From: Eledone cirrhosa
Taxonomy: Eukaryota
NCBI GenBank assembly: GCA_964016885.1
Contig: OZ024745.1
Span: forward strand, 102,672,001-102,736,000
DNA length: 64,000 nucleotides
Reading direction: 5' to 3'
In this document: positions 40,086 to 51,854 of the stretch, piece by piece
Layout: each line of letters begins with the position of its first letter
Numbering within the stretch: the stretch's first letter is position 1
Program-made: the position numbers and the translations under genes
Notes under the pieces: generated by a model
The model's database searches: none
Seen by the model: the letters and a program-made list of their open reading frames with translations, nothing else
What the model was told of the DNA's origin: nothing

Positions 40086-42970
40086 TGGGGAGTTATTAGT
40101 TAGACCACTTTTCAGCTCAGTACTTCAGAAAGTTGAGTGTAGGTTTTCTGAAGATTTTTTGCCCTATGGTAGATTTCTTACTATTTCCACAGCAAGTGGG
40201 TAACTGAATTTCATTTCCTTCCAAACCCAGTCTCTTCAGGGGTGTGTTTATGGTTTGATTGACATGTAGGGGAAATGGGATATTTAACTAACTTCTATGC
40301 TTAGCCCAACTTATATATATAGAATTTTGCATGTTGTTCACTTGCTGGATATGCTCATTTGCATATAGTGCAAGCTTGGCCAGTTATATTTAATTAGCGG
40401 TAGCACTAAGACAGCGTTTAAGCATAATAGGGGTGTTTATGAAAACATAAATGTATATAATACGCTCACATGCAATAAACATATGAGTTACCAATCTCTC
40501 TTATGTATAACACTCTGGTTAATTTGCTACCATACAGCATCTAGACCATTGTATTTGCAGTATCTGGAAAATGTGTTAAACCTATTACTTGACAGAAGAA
40601 AAACCCAAATGAAATTATCTAAATTCCAAGGTTAATAAGACATTGATATGCTATGTGAAAGAAAATTTCATCACATCACAGTGTCTTTGTTTTTGATGGA
40701 ATTACTTACTTGTTTCTGTTTAGGTGACTGAAGCTGCATTATCTTTAGAAAAGTAAATGATAAACAATCAATATATATATATGTTCAATTAAGCAGGTAA
40801 CCTATTGTTAAGGGAATCCAGGCGCATTGCCCTTCTAAGTATTGTAAACATTCAACAGCCTTCAATATACACCCCTGATAACTACCTGTGTGTATATGTA
40901 TGTATGGTCCCGTAACTGATGATCGAGTTGAAGGGGTGCCATATTCACAGACGGCATTTCTTGAGCATTTAAAGCCTGGTGGAGCCCACCCCTCTCCAGA
41001 CCTGAGTACAGCAGATTTCTTCCAGAGAAAGATAGAAAGTGAGAGAGAGGAAATGAGAAAGGGATGTAGATAAAGAATCGACCCCAGTGCTACACTGGTA
41101 CTTTTTTTATCAACCTCAAAATGATGAGAGGCAAAGTTGACCTCGGCGGGATTTGAACAGAGCCAGAATGAATACCATAAAACATTCTATCCGATGTTCT
41201 AATGACTCTTCCAATTCGCCACTATGTGTGTATATAAGAATATCTAAATGTTGTATGAAAGGTTTACTTTGTTGTTTATCTAGATTAGACAAGCTTTAAA
41301 TCTTCTTGACCAACATAAGCTGATTTTGGAATATCATCAGAATATCTGCCCTCAGAAAGTTGTAATATTCTCAACAAGTATGAACACTGTTGATATCCTT
41401 CAGTCATGAAGAGAATGTCATACGTTCAGACAAAAAGAACTATGTTACTCTCACAGCAAACACATTTAAGTTTGATGTTTTAAGTCTTTAAGGGAGTTTA
41501 TAATTACTATATAACAATAAAGCTAAGAAGTACCCAGAAAACATTGTCATTTGTCACACATTTCCTGAACTGTGACTGCCTTCTTCCATAGTTTTTCTAA
41601 GAAATATTTCTATTTTGCCATTCCAAATATATTTCTTCAAAATGCTTCCATCATCATCGTTTAACATCCATCCTCCATGCTAGCAAACCAAAATAAGAAC
41701 TGCTAGTCTTTAGAGAAAATACTTCTATGCTATTGACACAGAAAGTTTACACAGAATGTTTACAATAATACTAACAATTCTGTTTAGGAATCAACTCCAA
41801 TTGTATATTCAGAAGAACTGAGAATAGAAGAGTTCTAGTCCATTTAGACTCAACACTATATGTATGATCTTTTCTCTTTGAATCATATAACTATGGAGAA
41901 AGAGAAAATGAGAGCAAGAATGAATGCTAACCAATGAAATATAATTTTACAAAATAAAAGAATTCTTAAATACAATAATAAATTTATGTTATTATGAAAA
42001 CAAAATAGACAGCAGTAAATAAATTAAACATATTTACCAATATCTATGCAATATCAAGGCATTTATTTCATTTATTTTTCCTGTAGGCATATGTGATCTC
42101 TTTCCTGTGTACGTCTGGACATAGATTTGTGTGTTTTGTGAAAATAACGATGTATGTTATTTTCTTTTATTGTAAAGTACTAAATTTTCAAACTTATTCT
42201 TATTTCATTCCAAGCAATACACCTATGCACTGATTTGTGAGACATTAGATGCCAAATGTTAATGCCAGGGGATATAATTACTTGATTTATGAGAAACCAG
42301 ACTGATTCACTTCTCATGACAAAGTAAAATATATAATAGCAACTGTTTAATCAGAAGTTATATGAGAAAACGTCAAAAAAAGTTGACATACTATTAGTTC
42401 TAAGCACTAAAATAATAATTTACGGCTACAGTTCTTCAAATATGGTAAACTTTTTGTTTTATTTCTTTCACATAATTTTATATCTTTTGATATTAAGTTT
42501 TGGTTTATTTATGTTGGTATTTCCTTTTAAATAGAATTCTTAACTTATTGAATTAGTTAACTTCTTTAATGAATTAATGTTTCTATAATTTATCAGGAAG
42601 ATTGTTTAAATTGGCAATTTGGCAGGGTTGTTAGAATATAGGCCAAAATGCCTTATTGTATTATTTGTTCTGGTGCTATGTACTTTGTGTCTAAATCTTG
42701 TCACAGTCAAGTTTTCTTTTCATACTTTCAGGATCAATAAAATAAAGTACCCCCCCCCCCCATCCACAGCAGTGTATTGGCATAATTGTTAGAGCATCAG
42801 ATGAGATTGCTTGTGGTACTTGTCCAGGCTCTTTGCATTCTGAACTTGGTTCAAATCCTGCTGAAACCTGTTTGGTCAGTTAAATTAATCTGTCATCCCA
42901 TTAAATGCCACCACATTGACCTTTGGCAGTTCAGTAGTGAGCCAAGGGTAAATAACAACATGCTTATTAA

Positions 42971-43165
42971 CCCTTTAGCATTTACATTACTCATTGTATA
43001 CTACTGTATTTTTGTGGTAAAGGCTTTATCTCACATAATTATCCCACACAATATTGAATCTATGAGATTTTGAGAACAATAGTATGGGCAGCTGGTAATG
43101 GCCGGTTTGAACAGAAAGAGGCAAGAGAACTCTGGTCATATACGACCAGTTTAAATGCTAAAGGG
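42971..43165. mobile_element. piggyBac-like MITE (TTAA TSD)
   Basis: TTAA-ccctttagcattta...taaatgctaaaggg-TTAA. Confidence 0.85.
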
Positions 43166-43369
43166 TTAAATATATGTTACTTACAATATAAAATAATGTT
43201 CAACTTTATTTCATGTGTCTAAGGCATACTCATGGCATAATCAGTGTTCATGTGATATCAATTTCTCTAAACCCACCAACAATTTTGTATCTTCTGAGAT
43301 CAATCTTGCTAAGGTAAAATACAGAAAATTGAATAAAATGAGTTATTATAAAAATAAAGTCTAAAAGTC

Positions 43370-43635
43370 TAGCTCAGAGGCTCATCAGTCCTGTACTTAT
43401 CCAGGTTTCTATGGTATGAAACAACTGAGAGTACAATACTCCCCACTGGACAGGACACCAGTCCATTGCAGAGTTAAACCCCCAGCTATTGCTGGTACAT
43501 ATTTTCAACTGAGTTTACTGGAGCAACATAAAATGAAATGTTTTTCTCAAGAACACAACCCACAACCAGTCTAGGAATTGAACCCATGACACTATGATTG
43601 TAAGTTCAACACTCTTACCACTATGCCATGTGCTT
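43370..43635 (-). mobile_element. CORE-type SINE, third variant
   Basis: actgagtttactggagcaac..gaaatg..ctcaagaacac..ggaattgaacc..ccactatgccatgtgc matches the reverse of a tRNA head plus CORE block. Confidence 0.6.
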
Positions 43636-45167
43636 CTTATTTTAGAAATAGGTTTTGGAATATGTAGTTGAGATATATGTAGAGCAGAATACTATTTTCT
43701 ATTTTTGAATGGTTTGTTTTCATCTAATTTGTAGTTGTTTGGTTGTTTACTTAATGTTTTATTAGCTATACTTGTAGAAACTGTACAGCTCTAAAACAAC
43801 CTTGTATAATTTAGAGTAAATATTTTGCTAATGGAAGTTATTGGAATATATTATTTCATTTCTCTTACTTTGCTATTATCAACCACAATAATATGTCATA
43901 TGTGCTTGTATATTTATATATATATGTGTATCTATCTGTAACTCTTTAAAATGTACACACACAAATACTCACCTATATACTACAGATTGTGTTTCTTATA
44001 TAAACACAGATACATATACAAAAATATACACAGAAATACTAGACAATTATATGCATATGTTTATGGCATGATAGTGAGTGAGGAAGGGGAAGTGTAGGGA
44101 ACAGTATGGAAAAGATAGAAGAGACAGTGTTTTAAGATATGTGGATATATAGACCTGTAACTCTTGATGGAGTTGTAAGGGCATCATAGTGACATACACT
44201 GTTTCTTGGGCATTTTAATTGTGGCAGAGACTGTCACCTCTTCAGCTCTGAACACAGTCCATTTCTTCCAGAGAAGAAGAGAGTCATAGAGAGGAAGTAA
44301 GAAAGAGATATAGAGGAAGAAACAGCGCCCAGTACTGGACTGGTCCATTTTTATCGATCTTAAAAGGATGAAAGGCAAAGTTGAACCATAAAACTTTGCT
44401 GAGGCAATCCCAACTGTATCTAGCCAGTGGCATCTGGCCTTTCCACTAGTTTCTGCTCCTTATCTGTAAGGGTTGTGACATTCCAGTTACCAATGGTCAA
44501 AGTTTGCTCTCTTTCAGACCCTCTCTGGGGTTTCAGGATACATAATCTTTTGAGCTTTCATCCCACACTTCCCAGGGCAAGCTGCAGGTCAATCGCCACT
44601 TCTTGTAGCATTGAATGGAGACTGCAATATATTTTTCAAACAGGTCCCTCTACCTAAGGTCTGAATGTGTCCCTTGTTATCCTGCACAAAGGAAGGTGTG
44701 GTATGGATATCTTTAGTGTTTCCAGCCATATTGCAGTGTTTTCGTGGTTTCATTTGTGCCAGTCACCAATTTGATACTTTTCTCAGACCTACAAAATCTA
44801 AGCATTTTTAGAAGCACCCTTAACTCGTCATATCTACATCTCTGAGTTGTGAGAGTTTTCTTGGGAACTAACAGTGTCACCCATTGCTCCATCTCCCCAA
44901 ATATTTTACCGCTGTTGGTCCGAGGTTGCTTATTAACTGTTTTTATTATGTCCTATTCCACAAAACAATCTCACTCGTTATTGACTTTAGATTGGACAGC
45001 ATATGGAACAGGTCAGCAAGGCTTAAACAACCTTCAAGTAGAGGGATGATTGGGTGAATGTTCAATGATGCACTAACATCTATTGTTTGTTAGAATTAGT
45101 TTAGGTTGGCGAGCTGGAAAATATAAATCATCTATTTTGTTGGTTTATAAGCACTTTAGCACCTTAA

Positions 45168-45388
45168 CCCTTTAGCATTTACATTACTCTATATTTACTA
45201 TTGTATTTTCATGGTAAAGGTTTTACCTCACATAGTTATCTCATATAATATCGAATCTATGAGATTTTGATATTATTTATATTTAGAACAATCCCTTAAC
45301 ATCAGTATGAGCAGCTAGTTACAGCCAGTTTCAATTGAAAGAGGTGAGAGGATCCTGGCCAAATACAGCCAGTTTAAATGCTAAAGGG
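45168..45388. mobile_element. piggyBac-like MITE (TTAA TSD)
   Basis: Same TIRs as 42971-43165, flanked by a 145-bp direct repeat. Confidence 0.85.
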
Positions 45389-45842
45389 TTAAACAACCGT
45401 CAGGTAGGGGGATCATTGACTGAATGTAAAATGATACAGTAACGTCCATTGTTTGTTAGGATTAGTTTATGTTGGCAAGCTGGAAAATACAAATTATTTG
45501 TTTTGTTGGTTTATAAGCATTTTAACACCTTAACACATACAAGCATATTAATATTATAGATAGAAGTGGTGCTTATATGAATTTCCTTAGAGTTGAGTTA
45601 TTGAGACACAAATCTCTAGATAAAACACAACCTGAGATTGCAGACTAAAACAGCCTAGTATCTTTTCCAAAGATATGATGCAACAAGAATTAAGTACCCT
45701 GTACAGAAGAAACGTAATGCAATTCGTAATGTGAAGTGAATTTGAAGTTACACTTTTTAATCAATGTAGTGGTTGATAGATTTGAAAGATCTAACCATGT
45801 CTCTAATAGGAGTTAATATTATAACTAACTTTTACATTTTAA

Positions 45843-46050
45843 CCAATTAGCATTTAAACCAGCCATATCCGGCCCAAATTCTTTCACCTCTTTCTATTCA
45901 AACCGGCCGTAAATGGCCACTCATACTGATATTAAGGTATTGTTCTCAAAATAAATGATATCAAAATCTCAAAAATTTGATATTATGTGAGATAAAGACT
46001 TTACTATGAAAATACAATAGTAAATATAGAGTTATGTAAATGCTAAAGAG
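45843..46050. mobile_element. piggyBac-like MITE, opposite orientation
   Basis: Reverse complement of the 42971 family, with TTAA on both sides. Confidence 0.8.
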
Positions 46051-46324
46051 TTAAGCTGGTTTATGGAACATAACTCACTTAACATAAGCTTGTTACATAA
46101 AATTATGAGGGAATATTTTTAGATAAATATAAACATTTTAAAACAAGCAGTTTTGTAATTTCAGGCAACTTGGCATCTAAACAGTTAAATCATTTATAAT
46201 TTAAACATCATTTTGGTCTGATATTACTGTATTTAAATGGATTAACAACATATGTTTCCAGTTATTACCAACACCTATTTGGTGATTAAATATTAAGTAT
46301 TATACTCTTTTACATTTCAATATA

Positions 46325-46425
46325 CAGGGTGTCCCCAAAAAATGTATACACACTTTGATTACCTCTACAGGCAATATTTATTAGAATGCTGTTGAAGTGT
46401 GTATACATTTTTGGAGGACACTCTA
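46325..46425. mobile_element. Tc1/mariner-type MITE
   Basis: TA-cagggtgtccccaaaaaatgtatacacactt...aagtgtgtatacatttttggaggacactcta-TA. Confidence 0.75.
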
Positions 46426-47017
46426 TATATGTTTTGTGACTCTTCTGTTGAAGGTGTTAAAATATTTTTTTTTTATCTCAAGTAAAATCATTTCTTACAG
46501 AACAACACAGAATTCAATAATTCACAGAATTTATGTGATAAACTTATTAAATAAAATTAATATCTCTATGACAGCTGCTTTAGTAAATATTAAATCTACC
46601 TCAAAAAAATGGTTCATCAATGATTAAAAATAAATTAAGCAATTATATATTTACATTAAAAGATTCACCTTGATAAATATATAAGTAATTCTTTCTGGCT
46701 TTTTTATTTACAACTAGAATACTTTTATTGCATCAGTCAATGTAGCTGAAACATAAGCATCAATTTAAATTTAGTGTTTAAAACAGAAGCCTACATCAAA
46801 ATTCATTTCCCCTCATTTTCCTCATTTCCGTCATGTTAATTTTAATATTCTATTTACCTATTACTTTATATTTACGTTAAGTAATATACACACACATATA
46901 CATACAGTATATGTGTGTATATATATATATACACACACACACATGTGCATATATATATATATATATACACACACATATACATATATGTATATATATATAT
47001 ATATATATGTGTATATG

Positions 47018-47062
<45 letters not shown>

Positions 47063-47064
<2 letters not shown>

Positions 47065-47662
47065 AGGGCGGGTAAAATTCCCGAGATCCCTGGACGAGTT
47101 CTCTCCAGCGGTCTTTGTCTCTCATTATCGCTGCCATGTCCTGCATCTCCAACAGACCAGTGTCTGTCCTTAAGGCATCAACATATGTTAACTTCAGTTT
47201 TCCTCTTCTAGTGTGTCCATGCAGGGGCTCCCACAGGAGCACTGAGTGCAGTGTCAACTCTGGATGTCGGTGAGCATGTCCAGCTAATCTCAGTCTCCTC
47301 TGTGTCACTTTTGGGAGGCTCCCTATCTTTTTATCATCGCAGTGGACTATTGTATGCGCCTTGCGCTGGAGAAACACCACGACTTTGGCTTTACTGTAAC
47401 ACTGGCTCAGAGCAGGAGAGTTAAGGCAAAAAAGATATTGGATGCTGAATTTGCTGACGACATAGTTTTGGTGACAAACACAGTGAAGGCGGCAGAGGAT
47501 TTGATGCAGGTGGTGGAGACTGTGTTGATGGGTGTGGGGCTGAGAATGAATGAGATTAAGACGAAATATCTGGTAGAGAATATCAAAAAGCCAGAGAAGA
47601 TTACTAATGTAGGTGGGAAGCCGCTAGAATTGGTTGAGGACTTCCTGTATTTGGGAGCAAAG
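47063..47662. mobile_element. RTE-clade LINE with 5' inversion
   Basis: Minus-strand C-terminus RRLRLAGH..LLWEP..DRWRELV (47063-47330) abuts a plus-strand RT segment FADDIVL..GLRMNEIKTKY..FLYLG (47330-47662). (TA)n flanks. Confidence 0.8.
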
Positions 47663-47769
47663 ATATATATATATGTATGTATATGTATGTATATATGTAT
47701 GCGAGTATGTGTGCATACTTACATTTATGTACCAGCTGTTCTAGGGCAATAAATAGAATTCTAATTATA

Positions 47770-47776
<7 letters not shown>

Positions 47777-47801
<25 letters not shown>

Positions 47802-49120
47802 AATTATTGTGTACAGTGCTCAGGTGCACCACAACTCATCAAAGGTGCATGTATAGTACATAGAATAATGTACAAATGTCAGGAAAATGAACAGTGTATG
47901 AGTCATGATATAATAACAATAACAATAATGAAATATTGTGTACAGTGCCCAGGTGCACCACAACTCATCAAAAAAGTGCATGTACAGTACATAGGGCAAT
48001 GCACAAACATCAGTAAAATGAACAGTGCACGAGTCATGATACACACATGTGTGCATGTGTATGGAAGGGGTACATCAGGTGTAGTTTTGGCGTATTTCGG
48101 GAAGCATGAGTGTCTTAAAGGATGCAGTGTCTCGGCAGCTAACAATTGACGCAGGCAGTTTGTTCCATGCTTCAGCAACTCTGAGCGTGAAAAAATGTCT
48201 GCGAAAGTCATGGGAGCTGTGCTGTTTTCTTATCTTGTAGGCATGTCCACGTGTGTTAGACACATGGAGATCAAAGAGGCGCTCAGGGTTGCAGTTGGCG
48301 AGATGGTTAAAAACTTTGTGGGTATTCACCAAGTCCATTGCCAGACGTCGGAGCTTCAATGAATCCATGCCCAGGGAAGCAAGGCGTTCAGAGTATGGTA
48401 GGTGTCTGATGGAGGGTATGCGCTTGGTTGCACGTCTCTGAACAGTTTCCAGGAGGTCAATGTTCCGAGCAAGATAGGGGTTCCAGACTGATGATGCGAA
48501 TTCCAAGTGTGGTCGCACCATAGCTGTATACAGTTTTAAATAGATGGCTGGAGAGCGGCTAACAAAGGTCTTGCTGAGTGATGCCAAGACACCCTCGGCC
48601 TTCTTGACAATCTTAGAGACATGCTTTGTCCAACGCAATTCGTTGCTGACAGTAATGCCCAGGTCACGTTCACAAGAGGACTTTTTGATGTCAGTGTTGT
48701 GGAGGGAGTATGTGGACGCTGGATTTTTCCTTCCAAAATGCATGGTGGTACACTTGTCCACAGCCAGCTTCAGTTGCCAGTCTGTGATCCATTGCTGCAT
48801 TGTGTCCAGGTCTGATTGTAGGAAAGAGTTGTAAATTTCAGGATCAGTCCTTTTGATTTCAAGGTACAGCTTGATGTCATCTGCATATTTTAGTACCGTG
48901 GCATTCTGTAAGTTGGCATCTATGTCATTAATATATGCCACAAACAAAAGAGGACCAAGAACAGATCCCTGTGGTACACCAGATGACATCTCATATGGTG
49001 AAGAATGCTGTCCTAGAACCGTGACTACTTCCTTTCGGCTGAGAATGAAGGATTTCAGCCAGTCGAAAAGATCATCCCTCACACCCATTGCAGAGAGTTT
49101 TGCCAAAAGTCTTATATATA
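47777..49120 (-). mobile_element. CR1-clade LINE, 5'-truncated, uninterrupted RT ORF
   Basis: SGVPQGSVLGPLLF, KYADD, RDLGI, VRPHLEFASSVWNPY and AWNKLP; duplicated 3' UTR unit; (ATT)n tail. Confidence 0.92.
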
Positions 49121-49124
49121 TATA

Positions 49125-49920
49125 ATGCACACAATGCAGATCCTGGGTACACAAGAGATGTAGTGGGATAGCAGGCAAACTAACAGGTAGGGAGAAATAC
49201 GTATGCAGTAGATGTACAGGGAAATTAGACAGTAGAAGTCACATTGATAGACACATTTTTCAAATGCAGGTGGGTGCTATAGAAGTGGTGGATAGCTTCC
49301 GGTACATAGTAGATCAGATTAGAATGGGAGGGGGGTGTTCCGAGGCCATAGTATCTAGAATAAGGACGGGTTGGAAGAAGTTTAGGGAGCTGCTTCCTCT
49401 GCTGATGAAGAAGGGTTTCTCCCTGCGTACGAAAGGCCGGTTATATGATGCCTGTGTGAGGAGCGCGATGCTGCATGGTAGTGAGACATGGGCAGCAACT
49501 GCAGAGGATATGCGATGGCTGGAGAGAACTGAGACAAGCATGCTCCATTGGATGTGCAATGTCAATGTGCGTGAACGACCCAGCATGAATGTGTTGAGAG
49601 AGAAACTGTGTCTGAGAGGAATAAATTGTAGTGTGCGAGAGAGGAGACTGAGGTGGTATGGACATGTGATGTGCATGGAGGATGACCGATGGGTGAAGAA
49701 GTGCCAGGAAATGCCAGTTGAAGGAAGACGTGGTAGAGGTAGACCACGAAAAACATGGGCGGAGGTGGTGAGAACAGACCTCAGATCGCTGAAGCTCACG
49801 GTGGAGATGACGACGGACCGTGACAAGTGGAGAGATGCTGTGCTGAATAAGACCTGTCCCACCCTTACAAGCAGGGAAAAGCGGACGTAAAATGATGATG
49901 ATGATGATGATGATGATGAT
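49125..49920 (+). mobile_element. RTE 3' part (PHD-containing family)
   Basis: CTQCRSWVHKRCSG..CSRC, EVVDSFRY, MLHGSETW, RRLRWYGHV and GRGRPRKTW; (ATG)n tail. Confidence 0.9.
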
Positions 49921-50391
49921 ATATATATCTACACATATATGTATATGTGTATGTAAAGTATGTGTTAGTTAATTACCAACCCTATTATATGCAGGATAGA
50001 GCACTGTACAAAGTACACATGTGGGTCTGTTTACTCCAGAGTATAATTATAATCATGAAGTACAAGTCAACAGGTTAGAATTCATAACAATCATCACCGA
50101 AATATATACAACATTATTATGAATAAATGATGTGAATTCTAACCTATTGACTTGTACTTCATGATTATATATATATATATATATTTCATAGATAAATTGT
50201 AGTATCATACATTTTAAAATCTCTATAACTGTTACATTATGCAACGTTTTTCTTACTCACACCTTCTCTATTGAATTTATTACGTTTTCGCATTTTCTCA
50301 TTATTAGGGTATAAATGTTAAATTTTGTCTTAGGGTAATCACTACCTTGATTAAATCTTAACCATTTAACATCTGAGGCTATGTCATGTAT

Positions 50392-50451
50392 CATTATATT
50401 TTTTCTGATGAGGACATACTGTTGTACATCCGAAATATGTATAATAAAATG
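50392..50451 (+). ncRNA. type I hammerhead ribozyme (weak stem I) within a (TA)-flanked insert at ~50185-50597
   Basis: CTGATGA GGA(ca TAC tgtt GTA ca)TCC GAAA TATG TA. The A/U-rich stem I cattatatt/taataaaatg is imperfect. Confidence 0.55.
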
Positions 50452-50591
50452 TAATTGATCAAAAGAACATCTATTTTATTAATATTTGTATTTTAATATT
50501 AATAACTCTGGAAAATTATTTTTTCCGTAGAGTGCTTCCAATCTACTGTAAAACTCATTCTTTGACATACTCATTGAATATTGTTTAACAC

Positions 50592-50656
<65 letters not shown>

Positions 50657-50774
50657 TTCCGGTATGAGCAAGACAAGGTCACCCGACTTGGCATTGACCA
50701 CAACAGGAGAACTCATACTAATGTGGAAGAATGGACGTAAAACGGTGATGATGATGATGATGATGATGATGATG

Positions 50775-51030
50775 ACAAGGGTGATTTTTTAAGCCTTCGT
50801 TATGTTTATTGATTGGTGACGCAGATTTCGCTCTTGATCAGCTCAAGGTTCGATCTGTATCGATCTGGTCCGACTCTGGAATCAAAAGCTCATCAGACCT
50901 CAGAGATCCAATGAGCTTTTGATTCCACAGTCAGGCCAGATCGATACAGATCGAACCTTGAGCTGATCAAGAGTGAAATATGTGTCACCAATCAATAAAC
51001 ATATTGAAAGCTTATCAAATCGTCCTTGTA
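50775..51030. mobile_element. foldback element with hammerhead
   Basis: About 120-bp inverted arms around ~50895-50910. Confidence 0.75.
50815..50899 (-). ncRNA. type I hammerhead ribozyme with long stem II
   Basis: ggt CTGATGA GCTTTTGAT...ATCAAGAGC GAAA TCTGC GTC acc: 9-bp stem II, 3-bp stem I. Confidence 0.6.
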
Positions 51031-51135
51031 TTATTATATTACACTCTGTCTAGCTCTACACCTTGCTACTGATGTGAACCTAAACAGCAAGTGTTTACCT
51101 GGGTGAACCTACAGTAACTTCACATTACATTCCCT

Positions 51136-51204
<69 letters not shown>

Positions 51205-51206
<2 letters not shown>

Positions 51207-51321
51207 GAGTTGTAATAAAATGAAAACGAAATTTCATTTCTCACTCTTAGTACGGCACTTACTTAAATGTAAGTATGTATGTATACGTACATACATATAT
51301 GTATACAGACGTACAGTAGCA

Positions 51322-51371
<50 letters not shown>

Positions 51372-51807
51372 TACATACAGGTACACATACATATATGTAC
51401 GCATCAGTTTAGCGGACGCTTATTATAGCGCCCGCTTTGTTCGTTTGTAAACAAACTGAACAGCCTGTATTTATGCCGCACGGTGTTAAGGCAACCACGT
51501 CACCCTTTTGTTCAACACTGACACAGGAACGATGTACTAGTTTCAAGCTTGTTAGCTATCATCAGCACCGTATGCCCATCTGCCAGATAGTTGAATGTTC
51601 GAAAGTATATACTTTCCTTATGAAAATTAACGGCTGAGCAGCCTAATTTGCATATCGAGTGAGTTAAATCGGTCAGGCGCACCGAAAACGATGAGTTGTA
51701 ATAAAATGAAAACGAAATTTCATTTCTCACTCTTAGTACGGCACTTACTTAAATGTAAGTATGTATGTATACGTACATACATATATGTATACAGACGTAC
51801 AGTAGCA

Positions 51808-51815
<8 letters not shown>
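51205..51815 (-). mobile_element. hammerhead element with 486-bp repeat period (partial tandem)
   Basis: 51205-51330 is repeated at 51691-51815, with an inverted partial copy at 53431-53490. Embedded in (TA)n. Confidence 0.75.
51529..51571 (-). ncRNA. type I minimal hammerhead ribozyme
   Basis: acggtg CTGATGA t AGCT aaca AGCT t GAAAC TA GTA catcgt. Palindromic stem III ACTAGT, GUA triplet. Confidence 0.85.

Positions 51816-51850
<35 letters not shown>

Positions 51851-51854
<4 letters not shown>

Noticed and set aside
39584-40203. Long Y/I/C/V-rich ORFs (also at 26978-27367 and 46913-47211)
   Set aside because: Translations of (TA)n/(TG)n microsatellites.
40914-40935. CTGATGA motif
   Set aside because: No stem II, GAAA or stem I to complete a hammerhead.
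42087-42151. Plus-strand micro-exon candidate (cctgtag...gtatgt)
   Set aside because: Short, no recognisable product, and such sites are frequent by chance.
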